A stretch of 64,000 nt of DNA. It comes from Veleropilina oligotropha (Eukaryota). The notes below the pieces were generated by a model. That model saw only the letters and a list, made by a program, of their open reading frames with translations, did not search any database and was not told the DNA's origin. This document shows positions 12,915 through 23,311 of this stretch, piece after piece; within the stretch, counting starts at the first letter, position 1, and the number at the start of each line of letters is the position of its first letter. The position numbers were made by a program, and so were the translations under genes. The DNA lies in NCBI GenBank assembly GCA_048128005.1, contig JBEUKZ010000137.1:62001-126000 (forward strand), written 5' to 3'.

Positions 12915-13376
12915 ATGGCGCAATCAACATGTATTCTTGGAATAAATTGCTGGGTAGAAAGAATTATGGATTCGTTTATTATTAAGAAATATGACAAATA
13001 TGTTGAATTTCCCCTATGTCGATGGAAGTTATTTAAGAATAATTTTGGGAATTTCGATGAAGCTATCAAAGAAATAGAAGGAAAATTGTCGTCATTACGC
13101 TATCATGTAGGAGGAAACGTGTATGTGAGCATAAGCAAGCAGTACCCGCATTTGGATATACGTTATTTTTGGTTGCCAGAAGATGCCTTAGAATTACGGC
13201 CTACGAAAAGAGGCGTTACCATAACATACGAACAATACGAAGATTTGAAAAAATGGAACGATAACATGCCTAAAGATACAGAGATTTGCTACCAAAGAGA
13301 CGACCACCAAAACTTATGGGGTGCTTTGGAGTGTCCTGAATGTAACCCTAATAAAAAGGTGTGGGAAATGTATTAA
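12915..13376 (+). CDS. PC4/p15-like ssDNA-binding protein with C-terminal Cys/His motif
   Basis: VYVSIS...LDIRYFW...RPTKRGVTITYEQYEDL resembles the PC4 core (vDIRey...PgkKGIsL..eqw..L); C-x5-H...CPEC tail. Confidence 0.7.
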   Translation: MAQSTCILGINCWVERIMDSFIIKKYDKYVEFPLCRWKLFKNNFGNFDEAIKEIEGKLSSLRYHVGGNVYVSISKQYPHLDIRYFWLPEDALELRPTKRGVTITYEQYEDLKKWNDNMPKDTEICYQRDDHQNLWGALECPECNPNKKVWEMY

Positions 13377-13408
13377 TAGACTACGCGCAAGCAAGAAGAA
13401 TCATTATT

Positions 13409-13615
13409 ATGGAGAAAGTCGAAGCGTTAACATTGAAAGGCAAGGCGAAATGGACAATTAGAATTATAGTGTTATTATTATTGTGTACCACTGCTGGAAT
13501 TACGTACGAGAAAGGAAAAATATGCGTGTCATCACCACCGCTTCCCGAACCCCGGACATCTGTACAGGCCATCAACGGGACCAATGTCAACAACAGTTTG
13601 ATGGATAAAGGATGA
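13409..13615 (+). CDS. Small single-pass membrane protein of the Polinton
   Basis: MEKVEALTLKGKAKWTIRIIVLLLLCTTAG hydrophobic segment; AATAAA at ~13625; colinear with the gene cluster. Confidence 0.5.
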   Translation: MEKVEALTLKGKAKWTIRIIVLLLLCTTAGITYEKGKICVSSPPLPEPRTSVQAINGTNVNNSLMDKG

Positions 13616-13744
13616 TTATGTATCAATAAAAAAGTATATATATATATATTGTGTACTTCATTTATTTTCATTAGTATACGTTGCGTCGTCGTGGAGCAGA
13701 GTTGTTTGATTTGATAATTTTATATCATTATTTATCGTCTGGAT

Positions 13745-14827
13745 ATGACGGATCAGTATTTAAAAGATATCTGGTATGATTCAAAAAGAGGTTATGCTGG
13801 ACCCGAAAAGTTGTATAAAATTGTACAAAAGGAGAAAAAAAATAAAATCATGAGAAAGCAAATCAATCAATGGCTTCAAAACCAAGATGCATACAGTTTA
13901 CAAAAGGGCGTTATTAGAAAATTTAAGCGCAGCCAGGTGATTGTGAAAGGATTAGATTCGTTGTTTGATGCTGATTTGGCAGATGTGCAGAATTTAAGTA
14001 AACATAACGATGGCATTGCCTTCTTATTGATAGTCATCGATGTATTTTCGCGTTTCCTTTGGGTTGTACCATTAGCCAACAAAACAGGAAACACGGTGGT
14101 CCAAGCTTTCAAATCCATATTTAAACAGGGCAGGAAGCCACACACTGTTCGATTTGATACGGGGAGCGAATTTCAAAACAGATGGGTTAAATTGTATTTA
14201 GCGCAGGAAGGAATTAATTACTGTTTTACCCAGAATTCAACAAAAGCCAATTATGCCGAACGTGTAATCAGAAGCTTGAAAAGTATGATGTTTAAATACT
14301 TCACGGCCAAACAAACATACAAATACGACGATATATTACAAGATTTGGTATTAAATTACAACAATAGGCCACACAGATCGTTAGGACAAGGGACACCTGC
14401 CAGCATAACAAAACAAAATGAAGACGAGGCTAGATATGTAATGTATTTGTCTCCAGATAAAAAGACGCGACCCGCAAAGAAATACAAATTTAAACTGAAT
14501 GATAAAGTAAGAATATCGCATCTGAAACATCCATTCTTACGTGATTATCAACAAAAATGGACCGAAGAGCTGTTTATCGTTGCTAAAAGATATAAACGTC
14601 AACGTATTCCCATATATCAGTTAAAGGATTATGCGGATGAGAAAATAGAGGGCACTTTCTATGAAAATGAAATGCAAAGGGTCAACAAGGGTGACGATGC
14701 CATGTGGCACGTGGAAACCATATTAAAGAGAAAACATCGGGGTCAAAATCAAGTGTTCGTTAAATGGATGGGCTGGCCAACGAAATTTACTTCGTGGATT
14801 CCAGAGACAGATATACAAAATAGATAA
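13745..14827 (+). CDS. Retroviral-like (rve) integrase with C-terminal chromodomain
   Basis: ADLAD, IDVFSRF, FDTGSEF, AERVIRSLK (DDE), YNNRPH; chromodomain VETILKRK...VFVKWMGWPTKFTSWIP. Confidence 0.95.
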   Translation: MTDQYLKDIWYDSKRGYAGPEKLYKIVQKEKKNKIMRKQINQWLQNQDAYSLQKGVIRKFKRSQVIVKGLDSLFDADLADVQNLSKHNDGIAFLLIVIDVFSRFLWVVPLANKTGNTVVQAFKSIFKQGRKPHTVRFDTGSEFQNRWVKLYLAQEGINYCFTQNSTKANYAERVIRSLKSMMFKYFTAKQTYKYDDILQDLVLNYNNRPHRSLGQGTPASITKQNEDEARYVMYLSPDKKTRPAKKYKFKLNDKVRISHLKHPFLRDYQQKWTEELFIVAKRYKRQRIPIYQLKDYADEKIEGTFYENEMQRVNKGDDAMWHVETILKRKHRGQNQVFVKWMGWPTKFTSWIPETDIQNR

Positions 14828-14848
14828 TGGATATATTGTCATTTCACG

Positions 14849-15256
14849 ATGAGCATTCGTATGGTGTTGACGTCTACTGACAGCTCCGAGTACTTTGAAA
14901 ATACGCCCTATGATTTTCGCGTGCAATTGGATAGAGAAGTGAAATTTGATGGTCATTGGGCTGTGGCATTAACGGAATTTTCGAGGAAAAAGTCCAAATT
15001 CAGAAGAGATCTATATGTATATTTCGATGCGTGTACAGAAAGTTTTGTTGGAGGCAAAGAGGTGCCATTATTAAGACGAGTTACAAATAGCAGTTCTGTA
15101 ATATATCAAAATCCATATTATATTCCGTTGAAGCAGAGCCGGTTGCACCACATCCATTTGTATATAAAAGATGCTAATGACAACAAAGCTTCATTTCTGG
15201 ACGAAACAGTGACGGTGACACTTCATTTTAAACATGTCAGGAAAACTGTATGTTAG
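14849..15256 (+). CDS. Probable minor capsid protein (penton-like), short
   Basis: S..S.EYFENTPYDFRVQL...GHWAVALTE and LYVYFD...VG...VPLLR...PYYIPL...IHLYIKD...LHFK motifs typical of Polinton minor capsid proteins. Confidence 0.75.
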   Translation: MSIRMVLTSTDSSEYFENTPYDFRVQLDREVKFDGHWAVALTEFSRKKSKFRRDLYVYFDACTESFVGGKEVPLLRRVTNSSSVIYQNPYYIPLKQSRLHHIHLYIKDANDNKASFLDETVTVTLHFKHVRKTVC

Positions 15257-15671
15257 CGTGGCAGGACAATGGGATCAGATATATAAAGATTTATACGATG
15301 GTAAAGTCAGTTCATATTCTCCTTATCCACAAAAAAGAGGCATGGCAGGCATATATAGAACTCCCTACATGATCCCCATGACTACACCGATGGCTGCAGT
15401 GAACGAAAGGGCAAAAGTCGAACACGAAAAAGATGAAAAAGAGGGCGTTCCCCACATCGAATTGACCAATCAGAATGCGATTAAATTGACCAATCAGAAC
15501 ACAAGGAATAAGGAAGAGATTAAATTGACCAATCAGAATGCGTTTAAATTGACCAATCAGAAACAAGCTAGCAATGTAACTAGAGGAAGGAAAAGAAAAA
15601 ACGTCACTTTGTCAAAAGCAGTCAAGAAGAGAACACCTGAAACTATATTTTCCCGCAACAGTCAAGAATAG
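15234..15671 (+). CDS. Basic Polinton protein of unknown function (possible core protein) with KLTNQ repeats
   Basis: Lies between minor and major capsid genes; Arg/Lys-rich tail RGRKRK...KKR; four TTGACCAATCAG repeats. Confidence 0.55.
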   Translation: MSGKLYVSVAGQWDQIYKDLYDGKVSSYSPYPQKRGMAGIYRTPYMIPMTTPMAAVNERAKVEHEKDEKEGVPHIELTNQNAIKLTNQNTRNKEEIKLTNQNAFKLTNQKQASNVTRGRKRKNVTLSKAVKKRTPETIFSRNSQE

Positions 15672-15673
15672 AA

Positions 15674-16995
15674 ATGGCATCTTATCTCAGCGAAGACAAC
15701 AAGGAAGTTTCGTTACCGGCAGAATTAGCACTATTTTCCGTACCCCCAAACCAAGTGGCTATTAATAAAATGTATTATGCCGAAGCACGGCCTATTTCTT
15801 CCATTAACAATGAAGATGCACCAGTGGAAATTTTAATTTATGGACAAGGACCTGAGTACATTGATTTAAAACGCAGTCGTTTGTATGTTAAAGCAAGAAT
15901 CCTTAGAGCAGATGGCTCGCAACTCGCTAAAGATGAAAAGATTGGTATTATTAATTTACCATTACATGCGATGTGGTCACAGATTGATGTGTACATGAAT
16001 AATAAACTTGTATCTTTGAATACGAGTAATTATCCGTGGAAAGCATATCTTAAAACCATATTGTCTTCAGGAACCGATGAACAGAAGTCTCAGCTACAAA
16101 GTCAGTTATTTTTTAAAGACGTTTCACCAATGGATGGAACTGACCCTGAAAACACTCTTAATAGTGGTCTCAGGGCACGTTATATTTACACAAAAGATAG
16201 CCAACCTTTTCAAATGGAGGGACCGTTACTTGAAGATATATTTTCTTTGGATAAATGTTTGCTGAATGGTGTCGATATTTACATTAAAATGTTCAGATCC
16301 AGATCACCATTTATATTCATGTCAGAAGAAAATTCAGCAGCATATAAACTTGAATTAATCGACGTTATTTATAAAGTTGCTAAAGTACGGCTTGATTCGG
16401 GTATCATATTACATAACGTGAAGAAATTGGAAGAAATCCCTGCAAAATATGCACTCGAAAGAACAGAGTGAAAATGAATACGATAGCACAAGGCTCGAAT
16501 GAATTCTTTTGGGATAATATGTGGCCAAATGCTCGGCCGTCAAAGTTAATCATTGGACTAATTAATCAAATGTCTGTTAATGGATCGTATACCGGCAACC
16601 CGTTTAATTTTGAACATTTTAACGTTAATGAAGTTGGTCTTTATGGCAACGGAGAAAGTCTTCCTGGAGCACCATTGAAACTAGACTTCAGTTTGAAAGG
16701 GGGAAACGCAGCAGCTTACAATAATTTATTCAGCATGTGCAACCTGGCAAATAAAGATGGCGGACTAACGATAAATAGAACCGATTTCGCGGATGGATAT
16801 TCTTTCTTTGTATTTACCTTGGACCCATGCGATTTAGGAACGAAATATATTAATTTGATTCAACATGGAAACACCCGTTTGGAAATAAGATTTCAATCTG
16901 CAATCACACAGTCTATAAATTGTCTTGCATGTGCCATTTTTCCATCTCTGCTCGAAATCGATAAATCTCGCACCGTGACCTATATTAAACCATAA
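15674..16995 (+). pseudogene. Double jelly-roll major capsid protein split by a 1-nt frameshift near 16468
   Basis: ELALFSVPPNQVAI...P...EYIDLKRSRLYV; second part GNPFNFEHF, GYSFFVFTL, GNTRLEIRF; ERTE/VKM junction (gagtg, one G apparently lost). Confidence 0.9.
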
Positions 16996-17059
16996 ACTAC
17001 TGTATTCCTTATATATTGAATAAATAAAAATGTTCTCGTCATTATGTGTTTAGTTTTCA

Positions 17060-17695
17060 ATGATGGCACTTCAATTTAAATCACCTGCAACGATAATGAT
17101 ATCTGGTGCCACGCAATCTGGTAAAAGTTATTTTACCAAACGTTTACTCGAAAACAACATGTTTACAACGCCAGCCAGCAAAATCATATATGCATATTCG
17201 GAATATCAACCCTTGTTTGACAAAATGAAAAAAAGCATCATATTTCATGAAGGTCTGCCCACCAAAGAAGATATTGAACGGTTTGCAGATGGTGGACACG
17301 TTATCTTAGTATTGGATGATCTGATGCTACGAATTGTTCAAACCGAAGACTATGTTCATTTATTCACTGTTACGTCACATCATAGGAACGTGACCTGCAT
17401 ATTTATCACTCAAAATCTCTATCTGCCGGGCAAATTTGCCAGAAGCATATCATTAAATTGCTCTTATTTTGTGCTATTTCGAAATTTAAGAGACACGAGA
17501 CAAATATTAATCTTTGGTTCGCAGATTTATCCAGGTCAATCTGCTTATTTTAAAGATGCATACGATAAAGTCACTACAGAAAATTATGGATATTTGGTTA
17601 TTGATTTATGCCCTAGTTCTGATAAAAAATTTCAATTGCGCACGCACGTTTTCCCAAAAGAGCATCCAATTATATATTGGCCAAAACGAGAGTAA
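17060..17695 (+). CDS. A32/FtsK-like DNA packaging ATPase
   Basis: Walker A GATQSGKS, Walker B ILVLDD, SHHRN...ITQNL, RSISLNCSYFVLFRNLRD, YGYLVID. Confidence 0.93.
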   Translation: MMALQFKSPATIMISGATQSGKSYFTKRLLENNMFTTPASKIIYAYSEYQPLFDKMKKSIIFHEGLPTKEDIERFADGGHVILVLDDLMLRIVQTEDYVHLFTVTSHHRNVTCIFITQNLYLPGKFARSISLNCSYFVLFRNLRDTRQILIFGSQIYPGQSAYFKDAYDKVTTENYGYLVIDLCPSSDKKFQLRTHVFPKEHPIIYWPKRE

Positions 17696-17713
17696 TTATC
17701 ATTTACATCAAAG

Positions 17714-18031
17714 ATGGCCCAAGCAATCACATCGAATGACGTTTTTCTTAGATTTTTACAAGAATGCAATCAAAAACAACGAAAAGCTTTGCTTCAAAAT
17801 TTAACCAAAGATCAAATGACGGCATTGTCACAAGTGGCATTGAACATTTTGAAAGGTCACGTGACCATCGATTCAGATTATATAAATAGGCTGCGGCCGT
17901 ACGAGGAGATCATTTTGTTGTTGAGCAGTCATGATGTCAGTCGTTTAAAGAAGAAAAAAGCATTGTTATGTCATCAAGCATTATTACCCTTACTGTTAAA
18001 GCCAATTCTACCCCTTCTCGAAGATGTCTAA
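17714..18031 (+). CDS. Small helical Polinton protein (putative virion protein)
   Basis: L..L..C..KQRKALL....Q..AL.Q.ALNIL.G.V pattern and amphipathic LLPLLLKPIL tail, as recalled from Polinton small ORFs. Confidence 0.6.
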   Translation: MAQAITSNDVFLRFLQECNQKQRKALLQNLTKDQMTALSQVALNILKGHVTIDSDYINRLRPYEEIILLLSSHDVSRLKKKKALLCHQALLPLLLKPILPLLEDV

Positions 18032-18168
18032 AGAAATGATATTAATAACCAAAGAAGAATACGATGAATTATTAAAGAAGAAGGAGAAGAAGAAAAAAAC
18101 TCTTCGTACCTGGGAAACTTGTGAAAGGACCACCAGGAGAAAAAACATTTCAATGGCTGCCGTATTAA
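18024..18168 (+). pseudogene. Possible small Polinton gene, frameshifted in an A-run
   Basis: MSKEMILITKEEYDELLKKK; a shifted frame ends ...GPPGEKTFQWLPY*; AATAAA at ~18187. Confidence 0.35.
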
Positions 18169-18261
18169 TATGTATTCTTATGGAGAAATAAAAATATTTT
18201 AACTAAAAGTGTTTCGTCCCCCATTAGTACTCATCAGGCAGATTGGGTTATCTGCTACACT

Positions 18262-18453
18262 TTGGGCCGTTTTTTTTTCTAGGGCATCTTTTGTAGGCCA
18301 TTTTCTTTTTGGGGCCATTTTTTTTTCTAGGCCATCTTGTCGGCCATTTTTTTTTCTTTTCTAGGCCATCTTTTGTCGGCCATTTTTTTGGGGGGCCTTT
18401 TTTTTAGGCCATCTTTTGTCGGCCATTTTTTTTCTGGGCCGTTTTTTTTTTTT
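18262..18453. repeat. GGCCAT(T/C)TT-rich low-complexity array between the convergent Polinton gene blocks
   Basis: About a dozen GGCC-anchored units, most reading GGCCATTTT or GGCCATCTT, followed by T-runs. Confidence 0.7.
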
Positions 18454-20495
18454 CGTGTCACATTCAATATCCATATGGCAATGTATCAAAATTATCTAAC
18501 AATGCACGCTTTGTATAAACCATTTGATATTTCTTCTTTTCCTCTCTGTTATACAATTTCCTCTTTCTCTTATCTCTACAAATTTTACTTGGGTTAGTAA
18601 CAGTTATGATTTTGTTGTTGTTAGTAGTTACAATTTCCTTGACTGCATCAAAATTAATCAATTTACTATTTGCATAATTTAGTGAGAATCCTCTTACTTT
18701 ACAACATTCGTGCCCGGTATTAGTTCTAAAAGCATAATTTTTGGGGCCTCCAGATACAAATTCTTCAATGTAATCATCACCTTCCAATTCATTTGTCAAT
18801 TGTCCTAAATAATCACCTAACTGTACATCTGGCCGTCCAGGTCCAGTCACATATATCACAGAATCAGTGTCAAAATACAATACATTACGATCCAATTCTT
18901 CTAATATCGAGTACAATTTCAATCTTGCCCAACAAGTGGTAAAAGTTGCTATGTAAATATTCACTTTATCGCTTTCGGGTATGAAAGCTTTCTTATGAGT
19001 GTATTCCAGATGTATCATGTTATGCGATAATAAATGAAAGTCATGAATTTCTTTGGTGGGGTCTGCCAAAATCTGCAGAAATAGTTCGGCCTCGTCTTCG
19101 TGAATAAATTGTGTCTGTTTCAGATTTAATCTTTCGCCAATTTTGCCCCAAAATGCATTGAGAAATAATTTTGAAATCGATCTTAATCCGGGATTTTTAT
19201 CAATATTATTTTCATCCAAAATAATCCCTTCATTTTTCTTGTAATTTTCGATGTAACGTTTTTTATCATCATCATTTTTAATCCAAGATGGCCAACCACT
19301 TGCTTCCTGTTTGTATTTCAAAAAGGTGTTTATGTAATCGGCGAACAAACCGCCTTCACAAGTTGCAGGATCATACATAGTAGTTTCGTTCCAATGATAC
19401 ACTTCATAAATCTTTACAATTTTATAACCTTTGCTAACAGCTTTCACTAATTCTGGTGTACAATATGTACCATCAAGCATGCGTTCATCATCACTACACG
19501 TACAGGGAGTTTGTTGTTGTCTTAATGCACAGGATTTACAAAGGGGAAATGTTAATTTACCATTTGATCTATAGGGCAATACTCCATGATATAGCTTCTT
19601 TGGGGGGAGAACCTTCACTTTTGCAATTCCGAAATATGATTCGATATTTTTGAAGTCGGTGGTAATTATTTCTGGATGTAATAATGGATATTGTTTATAC
19701 TTCTGTGTAAATGGGTAAAGACTGCAAACGTCTGCATATTTAATCTGTTCATCACCAGAGATTTTATAATGAAGTTTTATAGCATTTGTCCGGCCCCCAT
19801 AGAAGCTATCTCTTGGCTCTAATCTACTTACTAAATCGAGTGACTTTACAAAATTAGACAATTCAACATTTGTTTTCAATTCTTCCTGGTATTCACACGC
19901 CCAAATACATTCATAAGACAGGCCTAAACTTTTATAAAATGCATTTTTTTCATAGTTAAAGCATACAATTCATCAAGACTTTGACCTGTTTTGGGGTGTT
20001 TAACATCTCTATTCGTCTTTATACAATGACAACCATGCCAAATGCATCCGTTATATTCGTATGCCGCCCCATTTGCATATCCATCCAATTTGTAATTTGA
20101 TCCGGGAAGCTTAACTTCACCTTTATTTACCCCCAGTCGGTTAGGGGTTAGAATATGCCGACTGCTCTCCCTGCAGAGGGGTAAGATCCCCCCAAATGGG
20201 AGCCACCTGTTGGCCGTGGGTGGCGACCCGTGATGTTGGAGAAGAGGATCCTGGTAGTTGAGCTTCAGCTTAGGCTGAAGCAACACACTACTTTGGCCTC
20301 GGATTCAGCTAGACGGGAGGTCAGATAGGCCCTATCTGATCAATCGGCTTGTCACGTCAAGCCCTGGGATAATATATTTTAATAATATTACATTTATACA
20401 TTTCAATCAAAAAACTTTATGTAACAGATCATATACCATCAATCGATCTATATCCCAGAAGGCGGTGGCTGAAGGGTCAATCAAGTGAGTAATGG

Positions 20496-22142
20496 ATGGT
20501 GGGGTACACATTTCCCACCACTACATTCATTATCTTATTTGAGTATATCACCCGGGTATCCCTGGCATTGGGTGCTGGAACTCCGCACCCATCAAAATGC
20601 CCCCTTGTTGGGCTCCGAGGTGGGCGGGGACCTCGGGTGATGAAACTTAATACACAAAATATGGCAACTCCACACCCTCCTAAACGCCGAAACCACACAG
20701 CAGCAAAGCGACGGAATATATCCGTCGACTCTGTTTCTGATGATGATGACGCTAAATTTTTGGCCGCTTTCCGGTCTACACCTTATCATCCTGAGCTAGA
20801 TGCTCCTTATAGACCTGACCCTCCACCAGTCGTACCGGAAAGCTGGCCCCGTTTTTTAACGGTGGAATCGTGCAATTCCAACACTCCTATCACTTCTCTG
20901 AGTCCGTTCGCCATATCCAAGGCCATTCTCGGCCTGGCTGGCGAACCACGATCCGTTAAAAAACTACGAGATGGCACACTACTGGTTGAATGCGCCAGAA
21001 AGAGCCATGCGGAAAACCTTCTTAGAACAGATACATTTGTTAATATTCCTGTAATAATCAGACCGCATCGGTCTTTGAACAGCTCCAAGGGAGTTATTAG
21101 ATCCAGGGACCTGCAGGGATGCAGTGAACCCGAACTGCTGGAAGGCATGGCTAGTCAGGGTGTAATCAAGGTTACACGCCTGACAATGTTCAAGGATGGG
21201 AAGAAAGTCCCCATCAACACCATCATCTTGGACTTCCGCCTTCCAGTGCTTCCGAAATATGTTAAAGCTGGTTACATCAACATCCCTGTAGAACCATACA
21301 TTCCAAATCCCTTGAGATGCTTCAAATGCCAGGCATTTGGGCATCACAAAGACCGATGCAGAAGAAATCCCGCATGTGCTCGTTGTAGCGAAGAGGGTCA
21401 TGACTCTGACTCTTGCTCCCAACAGCCTATGTGCACCAATTGCAAGGGTAAGCACTGCGCTTACTCTAAGGACTGTCCGAAGTGGAAGCACGAGAAAGAG
21501 ATCCAGAGGGTCAAGACCATCGACCGGATCTCTTTCCCGGATGCCAGGAAACTGGTGGAATCCCGCACTACTTCGGGCAGATCCTATGCTGCAATTGCTG
21601 CAGCACCGGAGCAAAAGCCGATCACTCGATCCTCTTCGACGCAAACTGATATTACCTGGCCATCTGGCAAACCATTCTTCAGTACTGTACCATCTCGAAA
21701 CAAGTTAGCATCATCATCATCAGAATCAACACAAACATCAATCAAACCTACTACTCATAACTCTAAAAAAGAGGCTGCTGCTGTTCGCAAGGCAGCAGCC
21801 ATTAAACACCAAAAAACCAAGACAGACCGACAGCCCAAAGGGTCCGAGGACCCTATTAAGCTGCATAATCGCTTTGGTCACCTGATGGATACTAACGAAC
21901 CATCAGATGACCAAATTGATAATACCGACACGATTATCGAGGACCTCGCGTCCGAAATTGTTGCTGCTGCCATGAAGGGTGGGAAGGCGGCAGCAGACAA
22001 ATTACACCGGCAGACGGAGGAGAGCCCCGAAACACCTGGGCCGCTTCCTCCTGCCAACGATCCAATGGAAAGCGATCAGCCATTGGATCGCCCGCACAAG
22101 CCAAAACCTCCCATCAAGCCCGTACTTCCACCGGATAAATAG
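20496..22142 (+). CDS. LINE ORF1, gag-like with three zinc knuckles, outer copy (true start probably near 20640-20660)
   Basis: PNPLRCFKCQAFGH...C, CARCSEEGH...C, CTNCKGKH......C. Confidence 0.9.
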   Translation: MVGYTFPTTTFIILFEYITRVSLALGAGTPHPSKCPLVGLRGGRGPRVMKLNTQNMATPHPPKRRNHTAAKRRNISVDSVSDDDDAKFLAAFRSTPYHPELDAPYRPDPPPVVPESWPRFLTVESCNSNTPITSLSPFAISKAILGLAGEPRSVKKLRDGTLLVECARKSHAENLLRTDTFVNIPVIIRPHRSLNSSKGVIRSRDLQGCSEPELLEGMASQGVIKVTRLTMFKDGKKVPINTIILDFRLPVLPKYVKAGYINIPVEPYIPNPLRCFKCQAFGHHKDRCRRNPACARCSEEGHDSDSCSQQPMCTNCKGKHCAYSKDCPKWKHEKEIQRVKTIDRISFPDARKLVESRTTSGRSYAAIAAAPEQKPITRSSSTQTDITWPSGKPFFSTVPSRNKLASSSSESTQTSIKPTTHNSKKEAAAVRKAAAIKHQKTKTDRQPKGSEDPIKLHNRFGHLMDTNEPSDDQIDNTDTIIEDLASEIVAAAMKGGKAAADKLHRQTEESPETPGPLPPANDPMESDQPLDRPHKPKPPIKPVLPPDK

Positions 22143-23311
22143 GCAAATATTAACATAACATTACAAACAAATATCTTAATACACACACCATTAAACCAAC
22201 ATGTCAGGCACAATAATACAATGGAATTGTAGAGGCATTAAACCTAATATTGATGAGATCAGTCTATTAATTCAAGAACACAAACCAACAGCATTATGTC
22301 TTAATGAAACCTTCATGAAACTCACAGACAACATACATATCAAAGACCACTCACTATACAATCACATTGTCACCACAGGTGACAAAGCAACAGGGGGGGT
22401 TTCAATCATTGTCAACAACAGAACACCACACAGTCAGGTCAACTTAAACACAAACTTACAGGCAGTAGCAGTGAAAATATCGACCCACCGAGTAATAACT
22501 ATCTGCTCGGTATACTTACCACCTAGTACAAACTTACGACCTACTGACCTTGACAATCTCATCAATCAGCTACCGACCCCATTTATATTGTGTGGCGATT
22601 TTAACGCCCACAGTACGGATTGGGGCGGTACTGATACAGATAAACGGGGACATCAAATAGAGGACTTTATTGGGAAACACAATCTGTGTTTATTTAATAC
22701 TACCAAATCGCCAACATACATGCATCCACCTACAGGCTCACTTACCACCATTGACCTTACCATGTGCGACACATCTGCTTTCCTGGACTTTACTTGGAAA
22801 GTTCCCCCCAGTCGGTTAGGGGTTAGAATATGCCGACTGCTCTCCCTGCAGAGGGGTAAGATCCCCCCAAATGGGAGCCACCTGTTTGCCGTGGGTGGCG
22901 ACCCGTGATGTTGGAGAAGAGGATCCTGGTAGTTGAGCTTCGGCCTTGGCTGAAGCAACACACTACTTTGGCCTCGGATTCAGCTAGACGGGAGGTCAGA
23001 TAGGCCCTATCTGATCAATCGGCTTGTCACGTCAAGCCCTGGGATAAAATATTTTAATAATATTACATTTATACATTTTAATCAAAACATTTTATGTAAC
23101 AGATCATATACCATCAATCGATCTATATCCCAGAAGGCGGTGGCTGAAGGGTCAATCAAGTGAGTAATGGATGGTGGGATACACATTTCCCACCACTACA
23201 TTCATTATCTTATTTGAGTATATCACCCGGGTATCCCTGGCATTGGGTGCTGGAACTCCGCACCCATAAAAATGCCCCCTTGTTGGGCTCCGGGGTGGGC
23301 GGGGACCTCGG

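Noticed and set aside
16440..16480. Programmed frameshift in the capsid gene
   Set aside because: No slippery heptamer; a single G loss explains it, and pPolB has several similar lesions (decay or sequencing error).
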